64,000 nt of DNA from a bacterium (GTDB lineage Bacteria > Zhuqueibacterota > Zhuqueibacteria > Residuimicrobiales > Krinioviventaceae), in assembly GCA_963693055.1 (NCBI GenBank), contig OY843751.1:992001-1056000 (forward strand). The letters are read 5' to 3'. Within the stretch, counting starts at the first letter, position 1, and every line of letters begins with the position of its first letter. Below are positions 29,599 to 39,400 of this stretch, piece by piece. The notes beneath the pieces are model-generated. The model worked only from the letters and a program-made list of their open reading frames with translations, made no database searches and was not told where the DNA came from. Made by a program: the position numbers and the translations under genes.

Positions 29599-30135
29599 TT
29601 ATCGAATACTGAGATCCCGTTCCCAACCTTCATGTTCCAGTACAAGTATTTCCATTGCTTCATCACTACTGTTTTTTTCCAGTTTGGTCAAGGGAACATA
29701 TTTTGCCGGCCAGCATCTGTAAACTTTGAATGCCATCAAGGTCCTGCCTGTATTGTCTACCAGTTCAATAATAATATCTTTGCGAAAATCTCTCAAAGAG
29801 ACTTCTGATCCCATTCCTCCGCTTACATAACTAACTTTATTTGCCCATTTTTCAAATTCATTGTCCATGGTGCGCGGTCTTTTGAGCACAATAGGTTGAT
29901 ATTCTGTCTGTCCGGGTGCCCTTTGTGCGGAATTGGGACTAGCTCCATTGCGATATTCAATAACCTCGGTTGTTCTTACAAGATCACTAACAAATGAAAT
30001 ATCAGGAATAACTTTCCCATCCCATTTGACATGGAAATCGACTTGTACATTCCCGGATGATGGTGGTTGAGCGAATGAATTTAAAAATAAAGTGAATATA
30101 AAGACGGAAAGTAGAATGAATTTAAATTGTTTCAT
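29599..30135 (-). CDS. Phage/eCIS tail-tube protein (T4 gp19/Afp1-like) with Sec signal peptide, paralog
   Basis: Signal MKQFKFILLSVFIFTLFLNSFA then FHVKWDGK, RTTEVIEYRNG, PGQTEYQPIVLKR, FEKWANKV, EVSLRDFRKDIIIEL, FKVYRCWP, LEHEGWERD; RBS GGAGG. Confidence 0.88.
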   Translation of the reverse strand: MKQFKFILLSVFIFTLFLNSFAQPPSSGNVQVDFHVKWDGKVIPDISFVSDLVRTTEVIEYRNGASPNSAQRAPGQTEYQPIVLKRPRTMDNEFEKWANKVSYVSGGMGSEVSLRDFRKDIIIELVDNTGRTLMAFKVYRCWPAKYVPLTKLEKNSSDEAMEILVLEHEGWERDLSIR

Positions 30136-30546
30136 ATTTTCCTCCAGGATGTTTATATAATAAACCCATACGTTTCCGGATTTATTCTATATGAGGATAA
30201 TGTTTTTCGTAATAACTTAGTATGAGCGGGATTATTAAGATATTGGTTTTTACAGGTTAATTTTTGAAATGGTATGTAAATCTGGTCTTACCCGTGAGCC
30301 TTTTTTAACAGATTTGAGGTGAGAGAAAAGTATTGTGTGATTAATTTTGAATTGTGTGGATGAACTTGAAGTTTAATACGAATGATACAAATGAAACTAA
30401 TTTTCTCATATTAGATTTACTGATTCATTTTAAAATTCCATTGGACCTTTGATAATATGTTATTTTTTTTTTTCGTATTCATTCAACAAATGTCTTGACA
30501 TTATTTGATCACTTTTAGATAGAACTTTAAGTTAAGATTATCGCAA

Positions 30547-31323
30547 TTACTTTCTGCGGGTGAATAACAAACCGGACCAGGTATTGTCAATAGAGCATAT
30601 TTTATAATCTACCAGTCCGGCAGCCAGACCCGTATTGCGTATCAGGGTTTGAGTAATATCAGTCTTAACTCCCGAAGATTTTTTAGGCCATGCGATCCAT
30701 AGTTTTTGTTCTCCGTATTGCTTGCTGATTGCTGCAATCTGATCTTCCAGGTCAGCCATGCTGTTTAGAAACCAAAGGGTGACATCTCCGGGTGAATTTT
30801 TAGAGGATTGCAATTTTGCTCCATTTGGTAGTTGGGGGGCAAGCATGTCTTTAAATCCATCAGGTTCATTTAACAGCGTTACAACAGAGTCTGGTTTGAT
30901 TCCGAGTTTTTTAGGAAGGGGAGTTCCCGAATAGGCGGCCATAGTAGATTCCGGTACAACCGGGGCCGCGGGAGGCGATTCTATTGCCTGTTTAAGAGCC
31001 TTTTGAATTTGGTCCCATTCCGTATAAACGGCATCGGGTAAGATGGATTGTGTTTTTAAAACTTTATCTGGTTCTCCTTCAACAAATACGATAGGCATAT
31101 TACGGGTGTTTTTATAACTTCTGAACCCAATTGCTACATCGCGTCCTACTGATGGTTTTCGTGAGAGATCAATAACCATTATATCCGGTGGATCATCACG
31201 CAATTGTCTCATACTCTTGTTATCAATCGGCCCTGATGCTACCTGGTATCCGAATGATTGCAGGATTTCAGACAAGGATTCTGCTTTTTCTACATCCCAA
31301 TGTAATAGATATATTGAATACAA
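30547..31323 (-). CDS. Atypical receiver domain fused to DUF3052-like domain
   Basis: N-terminal REC-like (PPDIMVIDLS, MPIVFV); C-terminal YSGTPLPKKLGIKP...LWIAWPKKSSG...GLVDYKICSIDNTWSGL. Confidence 0.7.
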   Translation of the reverse strand: MYSIYLLHWDVEKAESLSEILQSFGYQVASGPIDNKSMRQLRDDPPDIMVIDLSRKPSVGRDVAIGFRSYKNTRNMPIVFVEGEPDKVLKTQSILPDAVYTEWDQIQKALKQAIESPPAAPVVPESTMAAYSGTPLPKKLGIKPDSVVTLLNEPDGFKDMLAPQLPNGAKLQSSKNSPGDVTLWFLNSMADLEDQIAAISKQYGEQKLWIAWPKKSSGVKTDITQTLIRNTGLAAGLVDYKICSIDNTWSGLLFTRRK

Positions 31324-31340
31324 TAGAGTTTCCTCAAGAG

Positions 31341-32771
31341 CTAGTTGATTTTTATGTTAAAAACCAATACAACCAGAGTAAATGTAAACAGTGTAATCAA
31401 CATAACAAACAAGATGTTGAGGAAAATCCCGGCTCTGGCCATTTTGGGGATTGTTATGGTGCCGCTGCCATAAATAATTGCATTAGGCGGAGTTGCCACG
31501 GGCAGCATAAATGCGCAACTTGCTGCAATGGCAGTTGGAACAACAAACAATAACGGATCTTGCCCAATACTAACCGCAACGGAAGCCATAATGGGTAAAA
31601 ACGCGGCAGTTGTTGCAGTATTGCTCGTCAGTTCAGTTAAAAGGATAATACATGCTGTTATGATAAATACAATGATGATAATATGTGGATACTGAATTTG
31701 AGAGAGTTGGGTGCCAATCCATACTGAAAGGCCTGTACTGCTAATTGCAGATGCCAATGATAATCCACCCCCAAACAGTAATAATACTCCCCAGGGTAAT
31801 AACTGCATGTCTTTCCAATCCAACAAGAATTCACCATTATTCCAGTCTGCGGGTACAAGAAACATGAGTAATGCTCCCAGAATTGCTATACCTGTATCAG
31901 AAATACCGGGAACCATGTTTTGTAACAAGGGGCGAATGATCCAAAGTAGGGCCACAAGCGCAAAAACAACAGCTACTTTGATTTCATTTGCAGACATTTT
32001 TCCCATCTTTGCAAGTTCGGATTTTATGAAATTTTTACCCCCACTAAAGGAGTTGATCCTGATTGGGTATATTACATAAACCAATAGCAGATACGAAAGA
32101 AAAACACCAATGATGACCAGGGGCACGCCAACAATCATCCATTTGACAAAATCCATTTGGAAACCATAGGTTTCATTTAAAAAAGCTGCCATTAATGCGT
32201 TGGGAGGAGTGCCGATCAATGTACCCAGGCCGCCTATACTGGCAGAATATGCAATACTTAGTAACAGAACAACTGAAAAGTTTCCCAAATCTTTATCGTT
32301 ATTGCTGCTTTTGGCTACCTCAACAATTGACAGCGCAATAGGCAGCATCATCATGGCGGTTGCGGTATTACTGACCCACATGCTCAGAAACGCTGTAGCT
32401 ATCATGAACCCTGCAATAATGGAGCGGGGTTTCATACCAATGCTGCGGATGATTTCAAGAGCCATGCGTTTATGAAGATGCCAGCGTTGAATACCCAGTG
32501 CTACTACGAATCCGCCCATAAATAGAAAAATCAAAGGATTTGCATAGGGTGCCGCTGCAGGCTTGATTGCTGCAATACCGGTAATGGGAAACAAGACCAG
32601 GGGTATCAGTGCTGTTGCAGCAATGGGGATTGCTTCTGTGATCCACCAGACTGCCATCAGGCAACCGATTGCAGCAGTGTACCATGCTTCAGATGATAAA
32701 TTATGAGGTGCGGGAAATATTAAAAATAGCAGAAACAGAGTTGGGCCTAGAAACAATCCGGTTTTCTTCAT
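31341..32771 (-). CDS. DASS/SLC13 sodium-coupled di/tricarboxylate or sulfate symporter
   Basis: WWITEAIP, SMWVSNTAT, GTLIGTPPNA, ELTSNTAT, FMLPVATPPNAI. Confidence 0.93.
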   Translation of the reverse strand: MKKTGLFLGPTLFLLFLIFPAPHNLSSEAWYTAAIGCLMAVWWITEAIPIAATALIPLVLFPITGIAAIKPAAAPYANPLIFLFMGGFVVALGIQRWHLHKRMALEIIRSIGMKPRSIIAGFMIATAFLSMWVSNTATAMMMLPIALSIVEVAKSSNNDKDLGNFSVVLLLSIAYSASIGGLGTLIGTPPNALMAAFLNETYGFQMDFVKWMIVGVPLVIIGVFLSYLLLVYVIYPIRINSFSGGKNFIKSELAKMGKMSANEIKVAVVFALVALLWIIRPLLQNMVPGISDTGIAILGALLMFLVPADWNNGEFLLDWKDMQLLPWGVLLLFGGGLSLASAISSTGLSVWIGTQLSQIQYPHIIIIVFIITACIILLTELTSNTATTAAFLPIMASVAVSIGQDPLLFVVPTAIAASCAFMLPVATPPNAIIYGSGTITIPKMARAGIFLNILFVMLITLFTFTLVVLVFNIKIN

Positions 32772-32956
32772 AAATTTTCCTATGTGTGAACTGAAAATGT
32801 TTGGCCCTGATCATTACAAGCATCAGGACCATTCGGAAATTATGCGCCAGCTTGGTACTGGTATTATTAATATCGGATAATTTTTGAAATTGTCAAGTGT
32901 TGATCCGAAAAAAAAGAGTTTTATGATAAAAATGATAATAATTAAAGAGAATATAT

Positions 32957-32991
32957 AAAAAAAGCCCCTGTTTTTTTATTACAGGGGCTTT
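32957..32991 (-). terminator. Intrinsic terminator of 33000-34973 gene
   Basis: AAAGCCCCTGT-loop-ACAGGGGCTTT preceded by A-run (U-tail on minus strand). Confidence 0.8.
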
Positions 32992-32999
32992 ATAAAGAT

Positions 33000-34973
33000 T
33001 TATTTTACTAACAGAATTTTCTGCATTTGAATGTGATTACCGGCATTCATTATGATAAAATATGTACCGGTTGAGCAAAGTTGTTCGTTCATATCACTGC
33101 CATCCCATAAAAGATTAAATATACCTGCTGCTTGTTTCTGGTCAACAAGTGTATTGACTACACGTCCCAGGATATCTGTGATATACAGATTAACATTTGT
33201 ATCTTTAGCTAGCTGATAGGAAATCTGTGTGGTTGGGTTAAATGGATTGGGATACGCTTTCATCAGTAACGTAGTTGTGGGGACAGGAGTACTGCAAAGC
33301 GCTGTTTCAGCCAGAAATGTAACATTGCCATTTATATCTACATCTGAAAGCCGGTAGCGATAGTTGATTCCTCCTTTGACAGTATTATCTGTAAAAGAGT
33401 ATTCACTCTGGTTTGTCGTACTTCCCGCACCTAATAGTTGGTAATTTATATTATAATTTGCAATCACCTGCCACTTCAATTCCCCCGGATTTTCCATTGC
33501 CGCACGTTCGAGAATAAAACCAAGGTTATCGGTTTCACTTTGTGTAGTCCATGTCAAGATAACAGCACCCGTTACTGGTTCTGCATTCATAGAGGTCAGT
33601 TCTACAGGTAGTGAAGTATCTCTGGCGTTTTCATACGCACCCATGTCTGGCGGGGTACCGCGATCATTATCTTCAATATCTTTGGTCGGTGCGCCTGTTG
33701 CGGTCCCGGTACCAATACAGGGGCTTGTATCATCCAAATGATATCCGTTGGTAAATATCGGATCATCATTTATGTTACCGGTTCCGGTATATGCTCCTGA
33801 CGCGGATTGGATATCGCTATAGTTTACTACCAGCGTGCCGGTATTGTTAATTGAATCATCTTCTCCCCAGAGAATGCAGTTATTGATGTTCATGGTTGCC
33901 GAACCCAGGTTGCCAAGTTCTTTATGACTTTCTGGTGAGGTAACAGAAAAGGTACAGTTGGTCAGATTGACGATTCCTGCATTGTTGAAAATTGTATCAT
34001 AAGTTCCGCTATTATTTGTGTTGTCATACATGAGACAATTTGTGCAGGTTACCGTCCCTGTATTGTTATAAAAAGCGCCTCCGTTTGCGGCATTATCGGT
34101 AAATTTACTGTTACTGCAGGCAATAGTACCATCATCGTTATAAAAAGCACCACCATCATAAGCTGTATTGTTATTTGAAAACGTACATGCAGTAATTGTA
34201 TGGGTTCCGGTATGAGAACCGCTTTCAGTATAGTAGGAAATTCCGCCACCAAGAAATGCACCATTATTGTCTTCAAAAGAGCTGTTTGAGATTGTTGTAC
34301 TGCCACCATCAACTGCAATTGCCCCACAGACGGTGAGACAAGAATTACCGCTAAAAGTACAATAGTTAAAGATAGCAGAACTTGAGATATTATAAACCGC
34401 ACCGCCGTTGTTACCATAATTCCCTGTAAAAATGCAATTATTGATTGTAGGGCTGGAGCTCTGATTAAGCATTGCACCACCGGCTTTATTAGTTTCTGTA
34501 CTGTTTGCATATCCGTTGGTGAGGGTGAATCCATCCAGTACGGCAGTAGATGTTTGTGCGGAGGTGTTGGCAACAATGTGATAAGCGTTGTTTGCAGTAG
34601 TAACACTTTGATCAAGGTCGCCATCGAGTGTTGTTATATAACTTGAAAAATCTCTCTGGCTAAGCAGAGTTTCTGTGGCATTGAATCCACCATAAACGGA
34701 CACGCCATCTTTGAGCTCAAACGCGCTGGTAGGATCGTTATCAATTTGTCCTGTACCGTCATCAGGATAATAGGTTCCCTCTGCTACCCAAATTTCAGCC
34801 CCGCTACTCGCTGCTGCCAAGGCATCTTGTAAATAGTTGTAGGCATTCAGCCATGAAGTTCCGTTATTACTACCGGATGCATCAGTGTCAACATAGATTA
34901 CTTCTGCTGCTTGGGTTACAGATAAAATCGTAAATAGAAAAAGGACCGTAATGAGACTTTTTTTTAAATGCAT
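33000..34973 (-). CDS. Secreted right-handed beta-helix protein (GGA/FxxN repeats) with Ig-like and T9SS/FlgD sorting domains
   Basis: Signal peptide; IYVD...GTSWLNAY..LQDAL, IWVAEGTYYP; GGA(M/V/F) and F..N repeats; DMGAYE; SLPVEL module; AYPNPFNP. Confidence 0.85.
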   Translation of the reverse strand: MHLKKSLITVLFLFTILSVTQAAEVIYVDTDASGSNNGTSWLNAYNYLQDALAAASSGAEIWVAEGTYYPDDGTGQIDNDPTSAFELKDGVSVYGGFNATETLLSQRDFSSYITTLDGDLDQSVTTANNAYHIVANTSAQTSTAVLDGFTLTNGYANSTETNKAGGAMLNQSSSPTINNCIFTGNYGNNGGAVYNISSSAIFNYCTFSGNSCLTVCGAIAVDGGSTTISNSSFEDNNGAFLGGGISYYTESGSHTGTHTITACTFSNNNTAYDGGAFYNDDGTIACSNSKFTDNAANGGAFYNNTGTVTCTNCLMYDNTNNSGTYDTIFNNAGIVNLTNCTFSVTSPESHKELGNLGSATMNINNCILWGEDDSINNTGTLVVNYSDIQSASGAYTGTGNINDDPIFTNGYHLDDTSPCIGTGTATGAPTKDIEDNDRGTPPDMGAYENARDTSLPVELTSMNAEPVTGAVILTWTTQSETDNLGFILERAAMENPGELKWQVIANYNINYQLLGAGSTTNQSEYSFTDNTVKGGINYRYRLSDVDINGNVTFLAETALCSTPVPTTTLLMKAYPNPFNPTTQISYQLAKDTNVNLYITDILGRVVNTLVDQKQAAGIFNLLWDGSDMNEQLCSTGTYFIIMNAGNHIQMQKILLVK

Positions 34974-35075
34974 GGTGCCCCTCTCGTTTGATGTTTGTTA
35001 CTACTAGAATGATTTTATGGAAATATGTTGATAGTACCCGGCAAAAAATATAAATAATTTCTTGAATTTCAAAGC

Positions 35076-35118
35076 TTTAATTCGGGTTCTGCATAAATTT
35101 ATCAGAACCCGAATTAAA
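35076..35118 (-). terminator. Long inverted repeat/terminator downstream of MFS gene
   Basis: TTTAATTCGGGTTCTG-N11-CAGAACCCGAATTAAA, perfect 16 bp stem. Confidence 0.7.
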
Positions 35119-35126
35119 AAGTTGTA

Positions 35127-36455
35127 TTAAGCCCTGGGTTTAATCTTCCAGGTGAATGCCAGCAGAATGATAGACATGAGAGTGCAGCCCAGAATGCAGA
35201 AAATGATCACATCCCAGCCGGTGGTTGTACCATAGACTCTCCTGAAATAATCGGCAATCCAGCCAAAACCTTTTGCCTGGGCGGTTCTGCCCATATAACC
35301 AAAGAGACCTATGAATCCCGCAGCAGTACCAACCGCTTTTTTAGATGTAAGATCCAAACCTGAAACCCCTAACAGCATTACGGGCGGGTAGACAAAAAAT
35401 CCGATAATGGCAAGGAATGTCATGTCTAGCCAGAGATGACCGGGAGGATTAAGATAAATACCGGTAAACGCGGCGAAAATAGGGATCATGCATAGCAGGC
35501 TTAGCATACCTCGTCGTCCACCCATTTTATCGGATAGCCAGCCGGAGATCAGAGTAGAAGGAATACCACCAAACTCAATGATCAGGATCGCCAGACCGCC
35601 ACTGGAAAGCGTAGCATTTTTAACTTCGCGCAAGTATAGTGGCCCCCAATCCAGCATGCTGTATCTGACAATGTATACAAAAAAGTTTGCTATTGCAAAA
35701 ATCCAGAGGTATTTATTTTTAAGAATGTTTTCAACAAAGAGTTCCCGGGTGGTGAGCTCTTTTTCAAAAGTCTGACCCGATTCAGGAAAATCGTTTTTGT
35801 ATTCTTCAATGGGAGGCAGCCCAACGGATTGAGGTGTGTCTTTTAATCTTGTAAAAAGATATATAGAGCCAACTAAGGCGATAGTACCGGGAAAGTAAAA
35901 AGCCGCCTGCCAGCCAAAGTGAGATGCAGCAAAGGCTGCAAGAATACCGGCAATACCACCCCCGATATTATGCGCAACATTCCAGATGGCAAATACAGAG
36001 CCTCTTTCTTTTAGGCTGAACCAATGCCCAATGGAACGACCGCAAGGAGGCCATCCCATACCTTGCACAAACCCGTTAAGTGACCATAATAATAAATGAA
36101 CCGGATAACTGGCAATACCTCCAAACATGAAATTGATTAGAGCTGTTAATAGTAACCCAAATGCCATAAACGCCCTGGGATTGCTACGGTCTGATAATGA
36201 ACCCATTAAAAATTTTCCAAGTCCATAGCAGATCGCTGTTAAAGCTAGGATATTGCCAATCATATCATGGTTATAGGCAAGCGCTCCTTCAATATCTTTG
36301 GCAACAACCGAAAGGTTATTGCGGACCAAATAAAATGTAGCATAGCCTAAAAAGGTTGCTTCAAGTGTACTCCATCTATACTTTTTGTAAAGATGGTCAG
36401 TTTTTGTTGCATCAACTCGGTCAATATGTGTTGCGGGTTTGAACAGCGATCTCAA
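35127..36455 (-). CDS. MFS organophosphate:Pi antiporter (GlpT/UhpT/PgtP family)
   Basis: GYATFYLVRNN, YGLGKFLMGSLSDRSNPR, QGMGWPPCGR, WNVAHNIGG, KKAVGTAAGFIGLFGY. Confidence 0.9.
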   Translation of the reverse strand: MRSLFKPATHIDRVDATKTDHLYKKYRWSTLEATFLGYATFYLVRNNLSVVAKDIEGALAYNHDMIGNILALTAICYGLGKFLMGSLSDRSNPRAFMAFGLLLTALINFMFGGIASYPVHLLLWSLNGFVQGMGWPPCGRSIGHWFSLKERGSVFAIWNVAHNIGGGIAGILAAFAASHFGWQAAFYFPGTIALVGSIYLFTRLKDTPQSVGLPPIEEYKNDFPESGQTFEKELTTRELFVENILKNKYLWIFAIANFFVYIVRYSMLDWGPLYLREVKNATLSSGGLAILIIEFGGIPSTLISGWLSDKMGGRRGMLSLLCMIPIFAAFTGIYLNPPGHLWLDMTFLAIIGFFVYPPVMLLGVSGLDLTSKKAVGTAAGFIGLFGYMGRTAQAKGFGWIADYFRRVYGTTTGWDVIIFCILGCTLMSIILLAFTWKIKPRA

Positions 36456-36471
36456 AGGTTACCTCCTCAAT

Positions 36472-39400
36472 CTAGGGCCTTAAGAATAATAAAATATCTA
36501 TATTGTTTTTTAAACCAAAATGGGACTCGTAATTTAATTCTCCATCAAGTTCGAATGTATGTTCAGGAATTGAATCTGATAGTGAGAGTTCAATCTGTTT
36601 TTTTTCATTTGGTTTTATATCGTCTATTGTAAAATTATCCGCTATTCCTTTGAATGTTATTACAGGATTACGCAAGGTGAATGCTCTTTTGTTTTGTATT
36701 TTTAACACGACTTTATGACCTTTATATGAAATCGGTTTTACAACAGCGTCAGCGTGAAATTGTTTAAACGCGTCAGCCATGGGTTGCCTGATCTCAAATC
36801 TTGAGTTGATGTCAATCAAACCCGGATGATGTTCTGGTACGTCGGTCAGTTTGTAAAATGTGCCACCTGCCATACCCTTGTCTAATCCCCATTGGGCCAT
36901 GCCCCAAATGGCGTCAAGCCCTGTTAACTCGTCCGGTCCCCAAAAACTGTTATATTCGGTATAAATGACCGGCAAGTTGTGTTCAAAGCCCAGGTTTATA
37001 CTCGTCTCTATTATGGGTTGTCTATCGGTGGATTTCTGAAACAATCCAAAATAGTAATTAATACCCATAATATCTTGTCCTCGCCAGTTATCCTGACCGT
37101 AGAGATTGGCATAATTAACTGGACGATTATATGGATCATAAATTTTGTATACAGGATAAGTTGTCAGAAGGAATTCATCCAGGTTACTATGTATTTCATT
37201 GCATGAATTCCAAAACAAAACACCGGCATTCTCCTTGTATGCATTTATGAATTGGCGGCTCACTTCCTGTACACCTGCTAGTGGAGAACCATTGTACCGT
37301 GCAAATATTTCTTCTGATGACGCACATGAGAAATCAGCCAGGGCCATCCAGCACATGTTTTGTTCAAATGCCAAATCAACCAGCCAGGTGTTGGGATGGT
37401 CACCGCGTAATGTGTTGAATCCACATGCTTTGAGAATCTCCATTGCTTTTTTAGAGAGTTCCCGGCTCGATCCCCATAATCCATGAACATTAACACCCTT
37501 CATAATAAAAGGTTCGCCATTGACCAGGATTTCGGTTTCCCGTGTTTCAACTACAGTAGATATTATTCGTTTATCATAATGAACGGGGCCGTTATTCGTC
37601 TTTAATTCAAAATGCAGATCATAATATCCCCAGTTGGGGGCAGGTTCAAGTGTTGTTTGGGCTTTACCGGAAAGTGTGGTTTGGACTAGTTCTTTTTTAT
37701 TACTTGTAACGGTGATTTCTGTTGTTTTAATTTTTGTTTTACCTGCTAAAAGATTGATGTCTATTGGGGTGGTAAATGTTGAACCCGATTTTTCAACATG
37801 GTTGTGTCGTTTAACAAGTATTTCCATCTTGTTTGGCAATGCGATCGTTTCTTCTTTTTCTGTCATAGTCAGGACAGTACCATCTTTGATGATACGTACC
37901 CTGGAAATCAGTTTGCCATACTGGTGGATATTATAATCCAGGTTGATTTGGTTTTTCCCCGGTTTTAATGATATTCCCGGAAAGCTTGAAAATACCGTAT
38001 TGCCAATCTCTGTTTGAACATCGAAAGCACAAATTGCATCAAGCGTTTTCTCACCATAATGGGTAACGTCTATGGTACAGTGTGTTTGGTTTGTATTTTT
38101 ATCCCACTCGGTTACCAGGGCATTGATCTCGATTGGCCGCGCAGTTATATAAATCGGACACAGGGTATATAACCTGCCTACATTAAAATAGTCAATGGAT
38201 TCAGGATTGTTTAAAAGTACCCATTGAAATGACCCTTTTTTAGTTGTGTCTCGAACAGTAACGGTAAGGTAATGCTTGCCTGTAAATATTTTTGGCATAT
38301 TGATTGCCGCCGTAGCATCCAATGGTGTTTGCAGGGGAATTGAAAATGTTATGTCTTGCACATGAGTACCGGGTTTCCATGTTGAGGTGGCAGGGGTAGG
38401 ATTAACAACCTCAGTTTGCAGTATCTGTCCATATTCATTGCAAATGTGATACATGAACTGTAAATCTTGATTGATGGCAGAGCCTGTTACATTCCATGGT
38501 ACAGATAGTGTATAGTCTTTACCCATTACAAAGGATGTACTAGAGAGGGAAACATCTCCAAATTGAAGGTTATAGGTGCCGTCATGCTGTTGTCCATGAA
38601 ATAAATTGTCAGCAGTATTAATAAGCTGTTCTGCATTGTTTACTGCTTGAAAAGAAAGTTTTTGCTCTCCCTGTTCAAGGCGCTCTTTTGCTAAATTGAG
38701 CAGAGAAAGCGCGCTGGAGAATGCAGTCTTTTTCTTGAGAACTTGAGGGTCTTTGGAATTCGCACTTGAAGAGTTAAGAAACGATTCCATTTGTGTGGAC
38801 AATTTTTCGATTTTGGCTTCCAGTTCTTTATTTGACCGGTATTCGAAGACCCGTTCATCAGAACCAAGCTGGTTTTCGTCAGAATCGGTTAATTCAATAC
38901 GCAGGGAATAGCTGCCTTCATCCCTGATTTGTAATGGAGATTGGGCCAAAATTTCGTTCAATGGGAGTGTGAATGACCCGGAAGGAATATTTTGAGATGT
39001 TTTGAATTTTTGGGTTTTATTGTTATGTTTGAGTGAAATTGATAATTCGCAGTTTTGTACTGCTTTTTTAAAATTGGTATATAGATTAAATTCGGGGAGC
39101 GATTTGTTTAAAATAATGTGTTTAGGAGTGGATAAATAGACTGTAGGTGGGGTTATGGTTATATCTTTATCCGATGATATAAAATGTGCAATCCTGGCAT
39201 AACCTGACCAGCATCTAACTCCATATCGGCCTTGCAGACTGTTGTCGCTTTTTGCCTGGATGACCCATTCTTGAGGTTCTTGTTCAGTAACAGACCAGAA
39301 CTTGCAGTAAATATTTTCTCCATCCAGTTTTACTTTTTGCCAGAACCAGCCGGTTGGATTCCATTTGGTGTCAAAGGTCAATCCTTTTCCCGCGGCCAGA

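Noticed and set aside
28999-30135. Prophage, tailocin, eCIS or T6SS locus
   Set aside because: Only tube genes are present; no sheath, baseplate, spike, capsid, terminase, integrase or lysis genes, and flanks are ordinary cellular genes
33800-34560. Repetitive Asn/Gly/Thr-rich sequence as a DNA repeat array
   Set aside because: Protein-level beta-helix repeats; no exact nucleotide repeats with spacers
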